From a virus (taxonomy: Duplodnaviria > Heunggongvirae > Uroviricota > Caudoviricetes): a stretch of DNA of 7,210 bases. Shown in pieces: positions 6,816 through 7,210 of this stretch. Below the pieces are notes generated by a model. It did not search any database and was not told the DNA's origin. It worked only from the letters and a program-made list of their open reading frames with translations. Every line of letters begins with the position of its first letter. The stretch's first letter is position 1. Position numbers and translations under genes: made by a program. The stretch is from the IMG/VR virus record IMGVR_UViG_2548877009_000013, positions 1 through 7,210 of that record. One strand, written 5' to 3'.

Positions 6816-6830
6816 TACCTCTAAAAAAGC

Positions 6831-6895
6831 TCATAAATAGCGAAAAACCGCGAGGTCGCCGCCCCGTAACGGGCCATAATTCCAGGAAGGACCCG
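6831..6895 (-). other. Second lambda-type cos site, inverted copy
   Basis: Reverse complement of 6831-6895 equals 6063-6127 except for 2 mismatches (63 of 65 identical); contains the complement of GGGCGGCGACCT at 6853-6864. Confidence 0.7.
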
Positions 6896-6928
6896 ACGAC
6901 ACCAGACTATCAGAACGATGGGGGCACA

Positions 6929-7210
6929 ATGACAGAAGCCGAACTACTGCGATTAATCCGTCGCGTTGCCGGAATCAGCCAGCAGGCTGACGAACAGGCC
7001 ACGCAGCCGGACAGCGTGACCGCCGAAAATTATGCGCGTGTGGTTGCTGAGGTGATGCGCCGTGACGGTATTGAGCTTAACGGCGTGGATATGCGCGACA
7101 TACGGATCCGCGTTCTGGAAATGCTGGCCTACAATCGCCGCGTTGAACTGTATCGGGAGAAAGAAAAAATTACGTACCACTGGAAGAAGCCGGAGCGGTT
7201 ACGGCGATAA
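6929..7210 (+). CDS. Hypothetical protein (93 aa)
   Basis: ATG 6929 preceded by GGGGG; the stop codon falls exactly at the window end; no recognisable motif. Confidence 0.45.
   Translation: MTEAELLRLIRRVAGISQQADEQATQPDSVTAENYARVVAEVMRRDGIELNGVDMRDIRIRVLEMLAYNRRVELYREKEKITYHWKKPERLRR

Larger units (their letters stand above)
1..7210 (+). mobile_element. Fragment of a phage satellite-like or mini-lambdoid mobile element (replication module, iteron origin, capsid module, cos/small-terminase module)
   Basis: All credible genes lie on the + strand in tight operons. The combination of replication protein plus iterons, lambda-like capsid and decoration genes, a lambda-type cosN and a Nu1-like gene, without portal, protease or large terminase in the window, is inferred from reading the translations; no database search was run. 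Confidence 0.6.

Noticed and set aside
6063-6895. Terminal inverted repeats of an IS/MITE, or an invertase-driven switch
   Set aside because: The repeats contain a lambda-type cosN sequence, and no transposase or recombinase is encoded between or beside them. RecA-mediated inversion is still possible and is mentioned under the cos finding.
6953-7180. Minus-strand ORF 6953..7180
   Set aside because: Antisense to the RBS-supported ORF 6929..7210; no independent evidence.

Overview
This window reads as part of a compact, mostly plus-strand mobile element from an enterobacterial-type genome, most likely a phage satellite (PICI-like) or a very small lambdoid element. All homology calls below are from reading the translations and recalling phage lambda sequences; no database search was run. 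Order of modules: (1) three short translationally coupled ORFs feeding into a 714-aa replication protein with Walker A/B motifs (1-2903); (2) a dense array of twelve 9-bp iterons in both orientations, a probable origin (2929-3218); (3) two small overlapping ORFs, one PerC-like, closed by tandem terminators (3258-3837); (4) a promoter-like region with a perfect TATAAT overlapped by a 14-bp palindrome (3890-3950); (5) a morphogenesis operon encoding a 68-aa protein, a lambda gpE-like major capsid protein, a gpD-like decoration protein and a 137-aa unknown (3999-6033); (6) a lambda-type cos site carrying the exact lambda cohesive-end sequence GGGCGGCGACCT, immediately followed by a Nu1-like small-terminase gene (6063-6635); (7) an AT-rich segment with three ACAACAACC repeats, then a second copy of the cos site in inverted orientation (6640-6895); (8) a further ORF running to the window edge. 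The most unusual points are the two convergent cos sites bracketing the Nu1-like gene, and a replicon that carries its own capsid and decoration genes but, within this window, no portal, protease, scaffold or large terminase.
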